Below are positions 12,747-27,813 of a stretch of 64,000 nt of DNA, in pieces (position 1 is the stretch's first letter; the number at the start of each line of letters is the position of its first letter). The stretch is from Bigelowiella natans CCMP2755 (taxonomy: Eukaryota > Protista > Cercozoa), in contig ADNK01001083.1 in the NCBI GenBank assembly GCA_000320545.1, positions 63,683 through 127,682 on the forward strand. The letters run 5' to 3'. Under the pieces are notes generated by a model. It was not told where the DNA came from, did no database searches, and worked only from the letters and a program-made list of their open reading frames with translations. The translations under genes were made by a program, and so were the position numbers.

Positions 12747-15700
12747 CGGCTCCTCCTCCTTTTCTTTTTCTTCTCCTTCTATTTCTAGGTGTTGTTTGAT
12801 TGGGGTTTCTGCTGGCTCTTGTATCAGTGCCACCACCTGATATTATTGTCAAAGTAGTATGGCGATCTACGTTCCAACTTCGACTTTGCTTCCACGACCG
12901 AATCCGTCACGCCTCTTCTAACTGCCATTGGCTTGAGCACAGTTGCTGCTGCTGCTGCTTGCTTGCTAGATGAAGAGGAGGAGGAAGAAGAAGAAGAAGG
13001 CGACGAAGGAGGAGGAGGAGGAGGAAACGCAGCAGCCATTGCAGCGGTACTAGTATATCCTTTGGGTGATGACGTCTCTGTTTTCCTCATGATCATGGTT
13101 GCAGAGGGTGCCTGTTCCTTGGGAACGTGCACTGTTCTCTGAAAAAGACACGATGGTTGATTGGTTGGTTGATTGATTGGCTGTAGCAGGGTTTTTGGAT
13201 GATGGAAGAGGGAAAGGAGAATCAGTAGCAGTAGTAGTAGTAGTAGTGGTAGTTATCATGCAAAACCAGGCAAGGAAGCAGCCGACAAATGGAGCATCAT
13301 CATCATCATCATCATAACCAATAAGAAGAAATGACGTTCCACCAATATGATGAATGGTGATGATGATGATGATGGTGTTGGACGCTCCATGCTATTTTTA
13401 ACACGCACACACACACACACTCACACACTCACTCACTCACTCACTCACACACAAAAAGCTCTACCAGCTACTACTATTAACTACTGCTGCTGCTGATGAT
13501 GATGATGATAATATAGCATCATCATCATCATCATCTCACGGTTATGGATAACACCTGTCGCTTTTGATGTCGATCAGATAGACTAAGACAGCAGACCGGA
13601 GAATTATACTGCTGCTGCTGCTGCTGCTGTTTCTTCTTCGCCTCTTTTGGCCTTCTCACCCAGGTAGTAGTTCTCTTGCACTTTGCTATCCTCGGAGTGC
13701 TCTATCACCATCCTTGAATCGGGGTCCTGTGGAGGGGGGAGGATATATGTGACGCTATGATTGGGGGGGGGGGGGGGATGACACAAATAGGGTGTATCTA
13801 TAAGTATATGCCCAAACATTCAGTTCTCCAGAAGATTTGTGTTGTTATCTATACATCTATTCTTTTTCTGTAATCTCGATGTCAATTTACCACGTTGTTC
13901 ATAACCGCCCCGCTAGTCCCTCCTAATTGCCCCCCCTCTTTTTCCACGTATGCTCCATCTGCAATAGAGCTGGTGTCGGAGGATATTGCCGTTGTGGGAG
14001 GAGTGGAGGTAGATTGGAAGGATGATGGGGAGGGGGAGGGGGAGGAGGAGGAAGGAAGGAGGCTGGAACGTGGAGAATGAGGAGGCGAAGAAGAAGATGC
14101 TTTTGCATTTGAAACCATCCTGCTTCCCCCCCTCCTCTTATGATGGTTATTTATTAGCAGCGTGGGGGATAGCACACGTGATGGCGGCGGCAGTGGTGTT
14201 GTTCGGGGCTTGTTCGAAAGCAATCTTGCGCTGATTTTCCCTATTATTATTAGTATGATTATTATCATTATTATTAGGACGTGAATGGTGCAGAAGAGCT
14301 CAAATTGGCAGTATGTTAGGCAAAAGTCGCAACAAAGGTCAGTCTTCTCCTCTTATGTGGCGACTGGTTTACCTTGATGGTAGATACTGCCGCCGCTGCT
14401 GCTACTGCTTTCACTGGATGATTTTTCCTCATGAAGCTGCTCCATCGTGGCCAATGTGGAGAGAAACATGAGCAGCACTCCCAGTATCTGGGGAAAAGAG
14501 GAAAGTAGGAGGAGGAGTTGTTGTAAGTCGTGCTGCTGGCGTAAAGGGGAAATCAAACTTCCTTACGTTGAAGGAGCGTGGAGAGAGTTTGCTCTTGAGT
14601 AATTTGATATCATTCAACAAGTGCCTATGTAATCCAATAAAACGGCTGTTTTTGAGCTGATGCGCTCCCTTGTGTGTGTTGGTGCTCGCATGCGTGCACG
14701 GTGCAGAACCCAGCGTTAGTGCAATGTGGCAGTCGTGTGTTAATTGTTACATGTATAGCAACGATGCCTCTCCGATTCGAATCGTTAGAGCTGCACGGGG
14801 ATAATTTCCAAAAAACAAACAAATCTCATTAGTGATGATATGCGCCAAATTGGATCAAGACTTACCATATACCAACAACTGAAATATTTATCACCACTAC
14901 AACTACTACCACTACTACTATAACTACTAAAAAAATAAGTAATGCGGACAGACCGATCCTCCTACGAATGAGCTGTGCGAGGCGGTAAAGACTTAATCGC
15001 AATGCCCAGGAGAATACCTAAGAAGAAGGAGAAACAAGAATCAGCAGCGCCACAAAGCAAACTCCACGATCATAAGCGTGATAATCCTCTCCAAGGAGGA
15101 CTCAAGGTTTGCATCATCAAATGAAACTAGTACAAACTATCCTGGATTCGTAGACGCTCCCCACCTCCCCCCTCACCTCCTCCCTCACCTCCCCACTTTG
15201 CTGTCTAGCTGGCCTAATGACCTTAATGAGGAAAAGTAAAGAGCACTCCAACAAGCCAGCTGCATCATCTGTGTATATGTATTGCAAGATGGCCACCAAA
15301 ACCCGTTTCGAACCTGATGAGCAGGCATGCAAACACACACACGCACGCACACACGCACGCACCATACAGGGAGGGAGGGAGAGAGAATATATGAGACCGT
15401 GCATCTTCGATGTCAATTCATAATTATTTCAGTCGATTTCTCTTCTTCTTCTCTTCTTAAGCACTGAGACACCAACCGGGAAAATGGTATGTACGCATCA
15501 GCGGCGATGACGATGATGAGGAGGAAGAGGGGGTCCCTGAGCTTGGTTTCGGCCGATTGGTGCTAATCTTGCGCGAGTAGCAATGATTGTTGTAGCGGCT
15601 TCCTGCTGCTGCTGCTACAGCGGATGAAGTGATGAGAAACAAAGAGAATAAACCAGCAAACCAGCAATCAGCCATCACGAGCTTGTGCATTATTTGTACT

Positions 15701-15924
15701 CGCACCAAGCACTCAAAAAAACAATCGGTCTTCTTACGTTCGAATACCCGACTGCATCGGAACACGTTGTGGGACAAAACAACATCAGCTCTCTTTCTTA
15801 GCGTGGATTGTACTACATGCTAACGTCGGCTCTCAGTTGGCCACATAATAGCGCATACTACCCGAGTCAATTCCACGATATTTGTTACTCGATTTGCCCT
15901 CCCCCTCCTTCCTGGAGTGTCTAG

Positions 15925-15962
<38 letters not shown>

Positions 15963-16087
15963 GTATTGTTGCTACTACTGCTGCTACGGAAGGTTGAAGA
16001 GGATGAGAGCTTTGTATTCGAGGAGGATGACCTTGGTAGTGTTTGTAAGTAGAAGTGCGACAACCAGAAACAAACAGTATTGAAATA

Positions 16088-16123
<36 letters not shown>

Positions 16124-17171
16124 CACATCGACCAACCTCCATAGGCCTCCTGTGATCTTTTAGCGGCAGTCATCACTCTTCTCCTTACTCGTGGTTGTTG
16201 TTGTTCCGACTGTTGTGCTCCTTCGTAGCCATTGCATAATCCGTTACCGACGTCATCATAATCTTCCTCATAGCCGCTGCTACTTCTTGCTGTTCTTGGT
16301 AGAAATTCCACGTCGCACATTCGTCCCTGAGCAACAAATAAATATATATAATCGTAAATTCGATTATTGATGGCACCTTAAATCATCGTGTTATTCAGAT
16401 CTGTGAATCGGCCAAGCACGTCGTGCCACGGGAAGCCATCGATGTTTTGTGATGAGTGTTTTGCCGTAACATCTTTGCCATGCCGTGGAGCAAGGCATCA
16501 GTGAGAAAGAAGTTCACGAGAAATGCTTAAATCGCCGAGAGCTGTCATGTCGCGGGGATCATTATGTGAACCACCGTGACATGCTACTCGCCAAATCCAA
16601 TGCGTTGCACTTTGCTATGGATTTGAGGTATTATTTCCCAATTATCTTTGCTGCTGCTGCTGCTACTACTACTACTACTACTACTTATTATTATTATTAT
16701 TGTTGTTGTTGTTGTTGTTACCGAGTTGAAGAGCTTGAGCATATCGCGAGAAAGCACGTTGGACGCGAGCGCCGCAGCGGTGTGGTGCTGGTAATGGCCT
16801 CTTCTTTTCCTGCGTCTCCCCCTCCGCCTTCTTGTTCTTCCACACTGCAATCGCTGCAGCTTTGCGTCATTATAACCGCTCATGCCATCCTTGTGATTGT
16901 TCTCCCCCGAGAGGTAGAGCTGGTGAGCCACGGCCATTTGCTCTGGACGGAAGGACTTTACTCGTACTCTCGACGCGGTAACGCCCCCTCCGCGGCGTTG
17001 TGCCTCTCCTCCCCCCTCCTGCATGATGTTGCTTCCTCCTGCTCTTCTTCCTCTGGACGAACCGAGTAGCTCTAGCAGCCCTTGCCGTATATTGTTCACA
17101 GCTGCCCCGAACGATAAATACATAGCAGTGACGAGTTGAGGGGTTGTTTCAAACGAAAATAATATATATAT

Positions 17172-17206
<35 letters not shown>

Positions 17207-17666
17207 TTGAGTGCGTATTATAAATCCCAAACTCCTCTCGACATCATTTAAAAAGGAGTAAATAGAATGCAACGCACTACGGCAAGAGAGGAATACCGTC
17301 TTCTTCTTCTTTTTCATCATCATCTTCTCCATGATTCTTGCTGTCGTTGGTTATGCGGCTATTGTGTGGGGCCTCCTCCTCTTCCTCCTTCTCCTCCGCC
17401 CTTCCACCATTTTTCTTTGGGATTTCCGCGTAATTGCTCAACTTAACGCTGAGGAGAGTAGTTATGGGGGGATATAAGACTCGAAGAGGAGGACTACCAT
17501 GATATTTTGAACCAACATCTATTCGTGTCCAGTCAATCTCGCCCCCATCCCCTCCCCCCCCTCTATTTTCCGTGTTCTTACTTTGGTATCTTGCCAAGGA
17601 ACATGTCGTTGAAACGATGCGGGTGCGTAATACTTCCCTATGGTAGGCAACAACCTTTTTGAGCTA

Positions 17667-17705
<39 letters not shown>

Positions 17706-18247
17706 CGGTGCAGGGAGAGTAGTAGTCCTCCGACGGCAAACGTTAAAGTCAACCATCAACTTCATTGAAAAGATGTTTCTGAGTGCATGATTTCCTTTTT
17801 ATCACTACGACTACTGCTACTGCTACTGCTACTACTACTGCCCCCCCCCCCTCTCCAGACTCTCAGTAATACCTTGCCACCCCATATTAAGATGGAGTTG
17901 TCGGGAAGAGCAGTCATCACGTGAAAATAACGGGCAGGGGGGACGGGTCCGCTGTCTGTCACCTTCCTCCAGCGCCATTTACTACGACGAAAGAGAAGTA
18001 AGGAAAGAGTTCTCAAAAGGATGGATGTATGGACGATCTTTTTATCCCAGCAACAACAACAACAGCAACAACAGCCTACCGCCCCATCCTTCTGTGGACA
18101 AAACAGCGAACGTATATATAGACTGATGCGAATCGACATGATCCGCATTGCACTTGTGCACAGTGAATATGTGAGTCTTAATGCCCAGCTAAAAGGTCAG
18201 ATATTGCAATCGCTCTGAGTTCTATTGCATTATTCATTTTCTCATGA

Positions 18248-18285
<38 letters not shown>

Positions 18286-18477
18286 CCTCGGATGGCCTAC
18301 TGTGGTGTCCATCTCATATACGTCTTGCAGAATACTCCACGCATCTGTCCCGCTAGTAGCGTTATAATGCGAAACAACAACAACAGCAGCAAGCAGTCGT
18401 GTACTTATCTTGTAGTATGCGTTGTGGTGCACAATGATAAAATCAAAATTATCTTCGAATATTACACACACACACAT

Positions 18478-18527
<50 letters not shown>

Positions 18528-18992
18528 ATATATGTTTGTGTAAAGAGGATTTTTAAGATTTGCAACATCATCGTAATGTGTGAAAACAAAAGTCCATCGT
18601 GCATGCTCTGATTAAATGTTGCACAGATATTGTACGACTTAGTAACCAAATCCAAGTAATCGTATGAATACTCACCCATGCACTATGAGTCGTCCATTGA
18701 CATTAACCATCGTGTGGGCGAAGCATCTTAAAGGAGGGACGGGGGGTGGGGGGGGAGGAGGAGGAGGAGGAGGTATACACATCACACCAGTTGTCGTTGG
18801 TCATAATGTACAACGACATCATAGATGAATAAATAAACCGTTTAGTGCACGCATGATCAAACAGTTAAGCCTCCCCCCCCCCCCCCCCACTACTATGAAA
18901 GCAACGGCTAAAACTCATCACTGAACATCGCTGCAGGCATTTTTAGATATATCACCAAGGGGCGAAAAGCTGCTTAAAGCAGCCCTTAGCAC

Positions 18993-19078
<86 letters not shown>

Positions 19079-19411
19079 TATTTCGGTAAATAGCACTATA
19101 CCGTCGAGGTGCTGTGAGCTCGTTGGCTGTTTGTGTGATGTCCTCCCAAAGATCGGTCTCTGGATCGAAGATCCACGTATCATTCATGGCCTGCATGCCA
19201 ATTTCGAAATGGTTTCAGTACGACTCGTCACCGCATAAGTTATCATAGTTTTGCTTTTACTAGATGAGCATAATGGCTAACAACGGGCTTTGTTTGTCGT
19301 TAGCGTTTATTTTGTCCCACCTGCCTCTCTGAACAGCCTCCATACAGGACAAGAATGTCCTGCGACAATTCCAAAAATACGATGTCGTGAAAAGAAGGCT
19401 AGCATAAGAGA

Positions 19412-19447
<36 letters not shown>

Positions 19448-21238
19448 GTAAGTGTGTGTTTGTTGATATTGCGATCCTGCTGTCTTTACTACTACTACTA
19501 CTACTACTACTTACTACTATCTACCTACCTTTTGTACGGTCTTTCTCCACCGAGATGATGGCACAAAGCCATCACCACCACCACCTATATAATGTACATA
19601 TGCAGAGTGATCAAGATGAGAGGATTCTGTAACTTATCGTCGGGAATTAGCTTCCTCGCCATCCTCTCTAAACCCCCCTCCCGCCCCTTCCTCTCTTTGA
19701 GCAGTGATTTCATATTCCTTATTCCTTTGTCATAAATAGCTTATGTTTTATGTAATGCGTGTGTGTGTTGTGGCGAAACCAGTAATAGGATCGGTATTCT
19801 GGTATTGAAAAAATACAATAGAAGAGGGGAAGATTAGTACTTCTAGTACCTCTAATCTGCTCACTCATCGATGGCTGATAACTATTTCCATTGCAACGAT
19901 TCCTCGCTGAGCCTCCCTCTGCACCGTCGTGGATGATGATATTCATTGTTACCTTAACCATACAGTGCTTGTACCTCGGTTGAGGAAATCTGATGAAGGG
20001 GGGGGAGAAGAGGAGGGATCATCAATGTAACTAAATAAATCTGGTGCAGGGGGGGTTTGGGTGTGCGCTTGCATGTAAAATTAATGATGATAATCGACTG
20101 AACCTTGTTCCTGGTGCTAATCGACGCACGATTTTTGTCTTTACATTCACACAGAACATCTCATCTGTTTTTGGACAACAAACAAACGAACAAACAAGAA
20201 AATAGGTTCAACTACAACAGTGGCCTTTGTGAAAATAAGCACCCATGTGTGAGGCGGACTCAATAGCAAGGTTCTCATACTGCTCTCGGTATGCGTATCA
20301 GTCATCAAGGATGCAAGTCTCGCCCCTTCCCCAACCAGCTCCAGACAAACACATCCTCCTTCCCCACCTGATAACGAGCGTCCGAAGCAGCCGCCAAAGA
20401 TATAGATGCAGCCAGAATGGAACACTGACGTGTGGCCATAACGACTACGTTCGATAGAAACAAAGAGATGATGGTGATTCAGTAAAGTGATATAAAATTT
20501 ACAGCCACTTCTTGATAACAAGATTAGCCTTTGTTGTCTATTATTATCTCCTCGTTGATGACCATCTCTACATCCCACTATATATTGCAGTGTGTAGTTT
20601 ATACGCTACCCCCCCCCCCCCCCCCCTTTTTAAAAACGGAAATTTGCGGCCATACGAATGGATGAGTCATAAACATACGTATGAACGTTTTTTATAGTAT
20701 CTTCGAACGGCATGCAAATAGCAATCATCACCCTGTTATTTTCTCCCCTTGCCGCATCTTAAGCTGGATTCGCGACCAGCTGTGAGGAGGCCAATAAATA
20801 GTTGTTTTATTCCGTGTTAGTACACATGAAACAACGTGGAAACATATCACCATTTGTGCTAGTCTAAATGTTGCGTAAAGGTGCTGCATTCTCATCATCA
20901 TCATCATGGTTGTCATGAGCACATCAATACCGCCGATATAGGATGTCGTAGGCAAACAGATCGTCGTAATTCGAGTATCCTGTATAAAATGAGGGAGAAG
21001 GTAAAGAATTCAATATGCTGGCAGCAGTGTGTTTGTACTCCATATACAAGTTCGTGAGAGCGCGCCTCATTATATGAATAGTTGTAACTGTCTATCTCAT
21101 TCAAAGAGTACATGGCATTTGTGTCTTCTGTGTTCTTCACAGTAGGAAGTACCGAATCGAGAGCCAGAGCCAAGCATTATATAAATCACGCCTTTCTTTC
21201 GATCGATAACCTGTAGGTTTACATATGTCTATTTTCCT

Positions 21239-21273
<35 letters not shown>

Positions 21274-22131
21274 CGCGCGCGCGCGCGCACATTTTTTTTT
21301 ATTGTTTGCGATAGAGACGTGTATACATTTAGTTTATTGATTGCGCTAGAAATACACAAGTCCATCTTCAATAACGGAAGAGATTTTGAAGTAACAACTT
21401 AATAGGTTTCCAGGTATTGCCAAAATTTAGCAATCACTTTCATTTTGAGTACGGGAGGGAAAATCTGATCACAATCTCATGGTTGTTCTCATCATCATAT
21501 CAAAAAATAAAAGCACCATTGAATGTGACGTCCTCGCCTTGGGACCTTGCCCAAACGCTTTTATGTCTAAGAAGATACACCGAATAGCGTTTTTGTAGCA
21601 AGTTAATATAACTCAATCAATTGAGGGGTATGTAAGTAATTGGACCTGTCCATGTTGAGGTAAAGGTGTCGAATCTGTATAAGCTGTCGATTGCTTGTTG
21701 CTTTGACGAGTGTCCTCCAAATCCGCCTGCAAAGCCGTACAATTGATCAAAATAACATTCAACATAGCAGAATAATCTTTTTCTCACCGAAGATATACAC
21801 GTATCCTTCGTACTGAACACATGACATACCTGGAAAATGTACTTTTTACGTTAGATGTAAGGACTCAAAATGATACAAAATTCTGAGGATAATATTTATG
21901 GATTTGTTACCACTGGTGAGTGGTGGTGTAACGCCTTTCATGGTGGAAATTTCCCTCCACTCGCAGTTTCTGTTGCATTGGTAATATAGATATTTTGAAT
22001 TATATTGAGGCTGTGCATACTAATTAAAAGTATTGGGCTTTTTATACGTACATGAGCTGTTCTTTTTCATCACGTATTTTCATCTTGGCCTCGCTGTCAA
22101 ATTGAGGGTTCCATTCCATGTCTTCCTCCAT
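10551..22131 (-). CDS. Kelch-repeat plus two BTB/POZ domain protein (LZTR1-like cullin-3 adaptor); many exons with low-complexity linkers; both ends approximate
   Basis: Kelch exons: MSCVQYEGYVYIFG|GFGGH...LYRFDTFTSTW (21630-21830), RYGHTSVFHSGCIYIFGG (~20400), NDTWIFDPETDLWED (~19150), PPARYFHVMTALPDNSILIWGG (~17900). BTB exons: VLVAILQYIYTDD (~15280), VFVHKYILAARSAYF...GMRE (~11920), LDLMIRYIYGG (~11430), SDYFRLDPEFSLLCEQ (~10930). Confidence 0.8.
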
Positions 22132-23750
22132 GTTTTTCTAAACCATCATCACTTGTCTGTACTGCTTACGACGTGAGAAGTTCCTGTAAAATGGATAGAT
22201 TTATGTCTACATTTGCTTCCGAATCAAGAGCTGGAGTCTTATACTTGTGCTCTGTTGGCATAAACTTATCAAAAACCGTAACACACAAACAAATAATATC
22301 TGAATCACTAAAATGCATAAATACATCGATATTACTCTAAGAACGGAGCTCTTTTCACTTCAAGGGGGGGGGGGGGGAAGCTTGTGTTTGAGCGACACAG
22401 AGGTGCGGAAGTGAAATTTACTCTTCCGCGCCTCTTCTTAAAACGATGGACACGCAATGTCATATCTATTTTGCGACAACTATCATTCGTTGTCGCAGGG
22501 TAAACTGTTGATCTTTATTTCTTGTCTCTTACTTTGGTAGCGCCTTCCAAAGGAGAACGATTGTAGTTGTCACAGGAGATATTTCAGATCTAGCTCCAAG
22601 AGATATTGTTTTGCACACTTATTTTTAATTCTAGCCTAAAAGAATTGTCGCATACCCTAAAAAGATAGCCAAAGTTAATAGAGAAGGGAAATTCCGGTTT
22701 TCATTCCTTTCTTGGAGCACAATCTGCTCGACGATTTTCAAAAATATTGATTCCATTCCCCAATATTTTCCAATAATTGAGGACATTGTTGCACACATGA
22801 TGTCCAAAAGCGAATCTAATATCTCAGTACAAAAACGTTAGGTCTTGGTGATTGTTTGGCGAATTTGGAACAAAGGCAATGTGAATCGGATCTGCAACTG
22901 TGAAAGTTGTCGCCCGAAAGATTATATTCTTTGGCCATTGTGCCACATGGGTACCCCCCACTGGAACCTCAAAGTTCAAAAAAAAATACATTTCGTCGAC
23001 TTTTTGTTGTCTCTGTCATCAAAATCATATGATTTAGCATGTACGGCAACAGACTTATTGCTCTTGTGCCGCAGTTGCCTAATGAAAAAAATACTACGAC
23101 AAAGAAATTCTTACTTCATAGGCACAAATTGTAGGTCATACATTTGAACATAATTTACGCAGTGAATTTATTAAACGACGTATTTCATACGAGGACACGA
23201 GGACACGTGTGCTGCTGCTGTTTTCTGTTGGACGTTACTCGTGCGTTGAGTTCAGATAGATCCAGGAGATCAACATGTAGTTTTTGTCCTTTTGAAGTTT
23301 CAGACTTAGTTTAGGTAATTTATATGGTAATTCCGAACTACGACAATACACTAACATTGTCGCTACTGTAATTAATCGTTATTCAAATCGAATGCCCAAA
23401 TCGTTAAACGAACAACAGGCACGGAAGAATAAAAGGTCTTCTACAGCTCGTCCTACATCCACAGTAACGATGTGTGCTATCGGTGGATCCTTAAATCTTT
23501 GTCTTTGTCCACGAATTTTTTAATTTTAGTTCGTTTTGGCTTGTGTATGAGGGAAGCGTCGATTATCGTCTTAGTCCTTCAGTTCAAATCAACGTGGCAT
23601 TCGGCATCCTAAATCTCAACATGGGTTTACTGCAGGTATATTGTAAGCCTAATCTTGATGGATTTAAGCAGTAGCACATCGTTCGCATAAATCACTCAAT
23701 CCTTAAATGTTTTTCTATTACCTTTGTTCATCTAGCTAGCTATACCCAAA

Positions 23751-24279
23751 ATGCCACTGCTACGAAATCATTTAGTAACTTCATTGTTTCTTTCGAATCA
23801 GTCCTCTCATGAACGCCTCTTCCGTAGATTGCTGAGCACGTCTTTAGTACATCAATCATCACGAGTCCTACCTCGCATCAAGAAAGCTCTTTCTCGGGGA
23901 GCGAATGTAAACTGCGCTGTTGGCCATGAGAAATTCACACCGCTCATGCTTGCAGTGAGAGCGGGTAACTTATCAGCAGTAAAGCTGCTAGTTGAACACG
24001 GAAACGCTGATTTACGGAAAAGAGACAAAAACGAAATGACAGCTCTTTTATGGGCAGCTAGGATGGGCCGAGCTGAAATTATGAAATACTTGATCAACCA
24101 AGGTGCGGATCCAAACGTAATCGATAGAAGTGAGATGACTCCAATTATGATTGCGGCTAAGCATAACCACCCAGACGTGGTAAGATCCCTTTTGGATATA
24201 AAGTCCTGCTCAATAAAGCCGAGAACGAATGTACAGTTCAATCACTTCCATACTTTCAGCTTTCTTTCCTTCTCCCTCT

Positions 24280-24322
<43 letters not shown>

Positions 24323-24360
24323 TCCACCTCTTAAAACTCCCTTTATATGAATAACCCAGC

Positions 24361-24400
<40 letters not shown>

Positions 24401-25366
24401 TCGAGTGCATGAAAGTAAAATATCGATAATTTGGACTGAAGTCATGATATATCGAAATCATAAAATATAAACTATCTTATCTTAGGGCTTGAGATTTCCA
24501 GAAACAGTAATCAACTATGCGATTAAAGCACAGATGGACACTAACCTTCTACGGGATATCTGTCAGCGTATTTCCTCTGAATTCCAAGCTCAGACAGCGA
24601 ACAATATGCTGCATCAAGCCCTCAGAAGTGCAGTTCTTTCCGGATACCTTGAGGCCACGGTTATTAAATGATAACGAAGGATTAATAGATTTATATAAGA
24701 CGTGGACAGAGCAAAGTGTGTTAATATTTTAAAGCAAATCTTTAGATTATATTCTGCTAGTTGGTGGATTTCTGTGTCAAACTTTCTGCATAACAGGTGA
24801 TGCTGGTGGAGGAATTTCATATTTGGTTTCTCGAAACAGCCTCAGACGGTGAGAGATTATAGTTACATCCTTATCTTAAACCTCTTTTGGGAGAAAAAGT
24901 CCTTCTAAAATTGGGGAGCGGTATGATTCATCCTTCGAATTTGATTTTGAGGCAGTCCTGTGCCAGCGACCTAAATTCTCACCTCCTTTTGTCTCAAGAT
25001 GCACGCAGTACCTCTGCCTTCTTGGCTTCATTGGGTTTTTTTTTGCGTTAAACATGTGCAGGAAAATGCGCGTTTACATTGGCGTATCAAGCAAGGCAGC
25101 ACGAGATTTCATTGTACTTTGTCCAGAGGGTGGCCAATGTGGTGGAAGGGTCAAGTCGAGAAAGACGGTTATTCTCCTTAACCCAATCCGATCGCCCAAG
25201 TCCTGCACTCTCATTTCCTCGAAGATCTACAAATGCGGCCTCAATTCGTTTAACGCCTAGAGGCTTCTCACGAAATTACCGAAATTGGTTGAGAGAAGCA
25301 GTTTCTGTTGCGAGCAACATGCTGGAGAGCACCGAGATTTGTGACAGCGTTGCTGTTGCTGCTTGA
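23751..25366 (+). CDS. Ankyrin-repeat protein, multi-exon
   Basis: The long first exon has ankyrin consensus repeats (FTPLMLAVRAGNLSAVKLLVEHG, MTALLWAARMGRAEIMKYLINQGADPN, MTPIMIAAKHNHPDVVRSLL). Later exons include LHQALRSAVLSGYLEA and GKCAFTLAYQARQHEISLYF. Confidence 0.85.
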
Positions 25367-25669
25367 GATGACATCGGCGTGTGTTTTTGAAAGCAGTCAT
25401 TGAATGAGCAGCAACGAGAGAGAGGAAGAAGACTCTCAAGTGGCTTTGAGAGCACAAGCTTGATTACGATTTCTGGAACAAAATGAAAGAGAGTGTATAG
25501 CCATGTAAGCGCAAATATTGTTTTTGGTAGTGGTGCAACCTTTATGCTGCCCAAGAATATAATTTTGAATATTTTCATTCCAATAAGCAAACGCATAACG
25601 TTTAGACTTCTGACATCTGACACGTAGCTCACAGAGTAGCAATGATTTTTGGTTTACTGCTCGCACCTA

Positions 25670-25990
25670 ATGCACATCTAGACGCACATGTACCCACCAT
25701 ACAAGTAATTGCGTGCTGTCTAAAAATGGCCGACATATACAACTAGCTATCTGCACTGTCGTATCCGATGAGAAGCCAAGCTAGCAAGCATGTAAAAATA
25801 CAAAATACCACAATAAACGCGCTGCATCATGTCGGTTTAGCCATACAAAATTCGTCACTATGCACTAAAGTGTCTACATGTCAAGATTTGAACATCACAT
25901 CTCAACATGCAAGTAGGTCTAGAGGTGCATGCATGCGCAATTGAGAGTATTAAATTGCAGCGCAGCATGCATGGCCCTGGAGAGGCTTAA
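25670..25990. other. Palindrome-dense tract in tail-to-tail spacer
   Basis: Contains TCTAGA x2, ACATGT, ACTAGCTA, AAGCTAGCAAGCATG, GTGCATGCATGCGCA and GCATGCATGG. Confidence 0.55.
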
Positions 25991-26047
25991 ATCAAGCTAG
26001 TGATTGCTAGTCCATTCTGTTTTTTATCAAGATCTGGAAATTTGTTC

Positions 26048-27766
26048 TCATCGATCATAGTTGTGGTCATCATCATCTTCCTGTCCAACCTCTTCAAAAT
26101 CAACATCAACGTCAAATTGTTGCAGCTCGATATGCCCAGTGCTAGCAGCGGCAGGTCTTCGATTGTTGAACATACTAGAACCAGAACCGAAATCTGATAT
26201 TGAAGATGAAACCTGCCACCTTTGACCGAAGATGTTGCTGAAACAGTAAATTGTATCAAAAGACCTTGTGATAATCACGAACAGGATTACACGCACAGCA
26301 TTTGACAAAAATCACAGTAACTAGATGTCGTAGATGGAGGGCAATAAGAGAATATGAACTACTGTTTGTCTGTTTATTCGTCAAGTGTGTGTCGTTCGTA
26401 TTACTAAGCAATTGCAAAGAGCAGACTGATTGCCAACACAACGATGAAAAGAATGACGCCGAGCTTATTGTACACCTCTCTAACGCCTAAAAACGGAGAT
26501 GGATAAGGAGAAATATCTTTCAGAAATATGCATTTATGTAGGCTCGAAAATCATTGTGCATAAAGTACACACGGTGCGTGCTTGGATGTGCATCACAGTG
26601 TATTGTTCCTGCTCTGCTGCCGTACCCAGATTCTCCTTGTCTGCATAACACATCGCTCCCAACAACACAGCAGCTGCCTTAACTCGCACGGCTGTCTCGT
26701 CTACACTTTGTTTGATCTGAGCGCATTGTTGGAAGCAGCGGAGGGGGAAAAGGAAAAAAAGGATAGAGAGAATAAAATTAAGCAAGCAAGAGGAGGAGGA
26801 AGAGGAGAAGAGACTGCATGATTATTTCATGCACCTGAGCATCATCTCGTTTTCGAATTGAGTCCATTACTGCAGGGAAAACGTCCGATCCATACCTGTA
26901 ATTTTTCCCCATACCCATCATAAAATGATGACACCAAATATACACTAAAATAATACCAACAGGTGTTGAAAACAATTGTCTTAAATTCAACCGAACTTTA
27001 CAGGGTGTTTCAGAGTCGACTAGAGTTTACTTTAAGGATTTCTTACAAGATACAAGAAACTTATTAGCTATGCATTTCATAATGATCTTGATTACACGGT
27101 CGCCATACGTCAAATATAGGCTTTGCATTATCTACTCGTTCCTGTATAATACATAGAATGCATTTGCACTACTACTACTACTACTACTACTACAACTACT
27201 ACTACCCTGTTTCTAGGCTCGGTGCTTGCAATGCATGTTTGAACCATTTCCGTCCAACTAGCCCGTCCTAATTCAACAACAACAACAAGAAGAAGAAGAA
27301 GAAGAAGAAGAAGAACAACAACAACAAGATACACGTACACAGACATCGATATACTTCAAATATCTGTGGCTGCTCATCAGACAACATCAAACATATTACG
27401 TGTGGATGAAACCGCTACTGACGATGACCACTCACCGGAATGAGAAAGCCACGCTCAACCATTGCCAGAGAATCGTTGTTACCTGAAGGAAGCAGAAATC
27501 GTTTATGTAGGAATACGTACAGCATGTACCCATAGCCTCGCACAGTGTTTGAGTACTTTTTTCAATATTTTGGGATGGGTTGCAAGGATGAAGTACACAG
27601 ACATTGGCACTTATTGAGACATTGGCCATTTGGAAGCCGCTGGACTACGCTAGCATGCTCTGCACTCTGACGGAATATGCCAATGGCCTACCCAACGAAG
27701 GGGGAATGGATGGAGTCTCAGAATCGCAGGATTAGGATGTGTGTGCGTGTGCGTGTGCGTGTGCGT

Positions 27767-27813
<47 letters not shown>

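Noticed and set aside
12292-19632. Many 60-190 aa ORFs with poly-E, poly-S, YIYIYI or CVCVCV runs
   Set aside because: These are translations of intronic microsatellites or antisense frames of the Kelch-BTB gene.
22200-23600. Possible further minus-strand exons (e.g. VPVGGTHVAQWPKNIIF, QLRHKSNKSVAVHAK)
   Set aside because: I could not build a phase-consistent model or recognise a domain. They may be an upstream part of the Kelch-BTB gene or a small separate gene; left uncalled.
25276-25666. Two minus-strand ORFs after the ankyrin gene
   Set aside because: No motif or splice support; probably 3' UTR or spacer.
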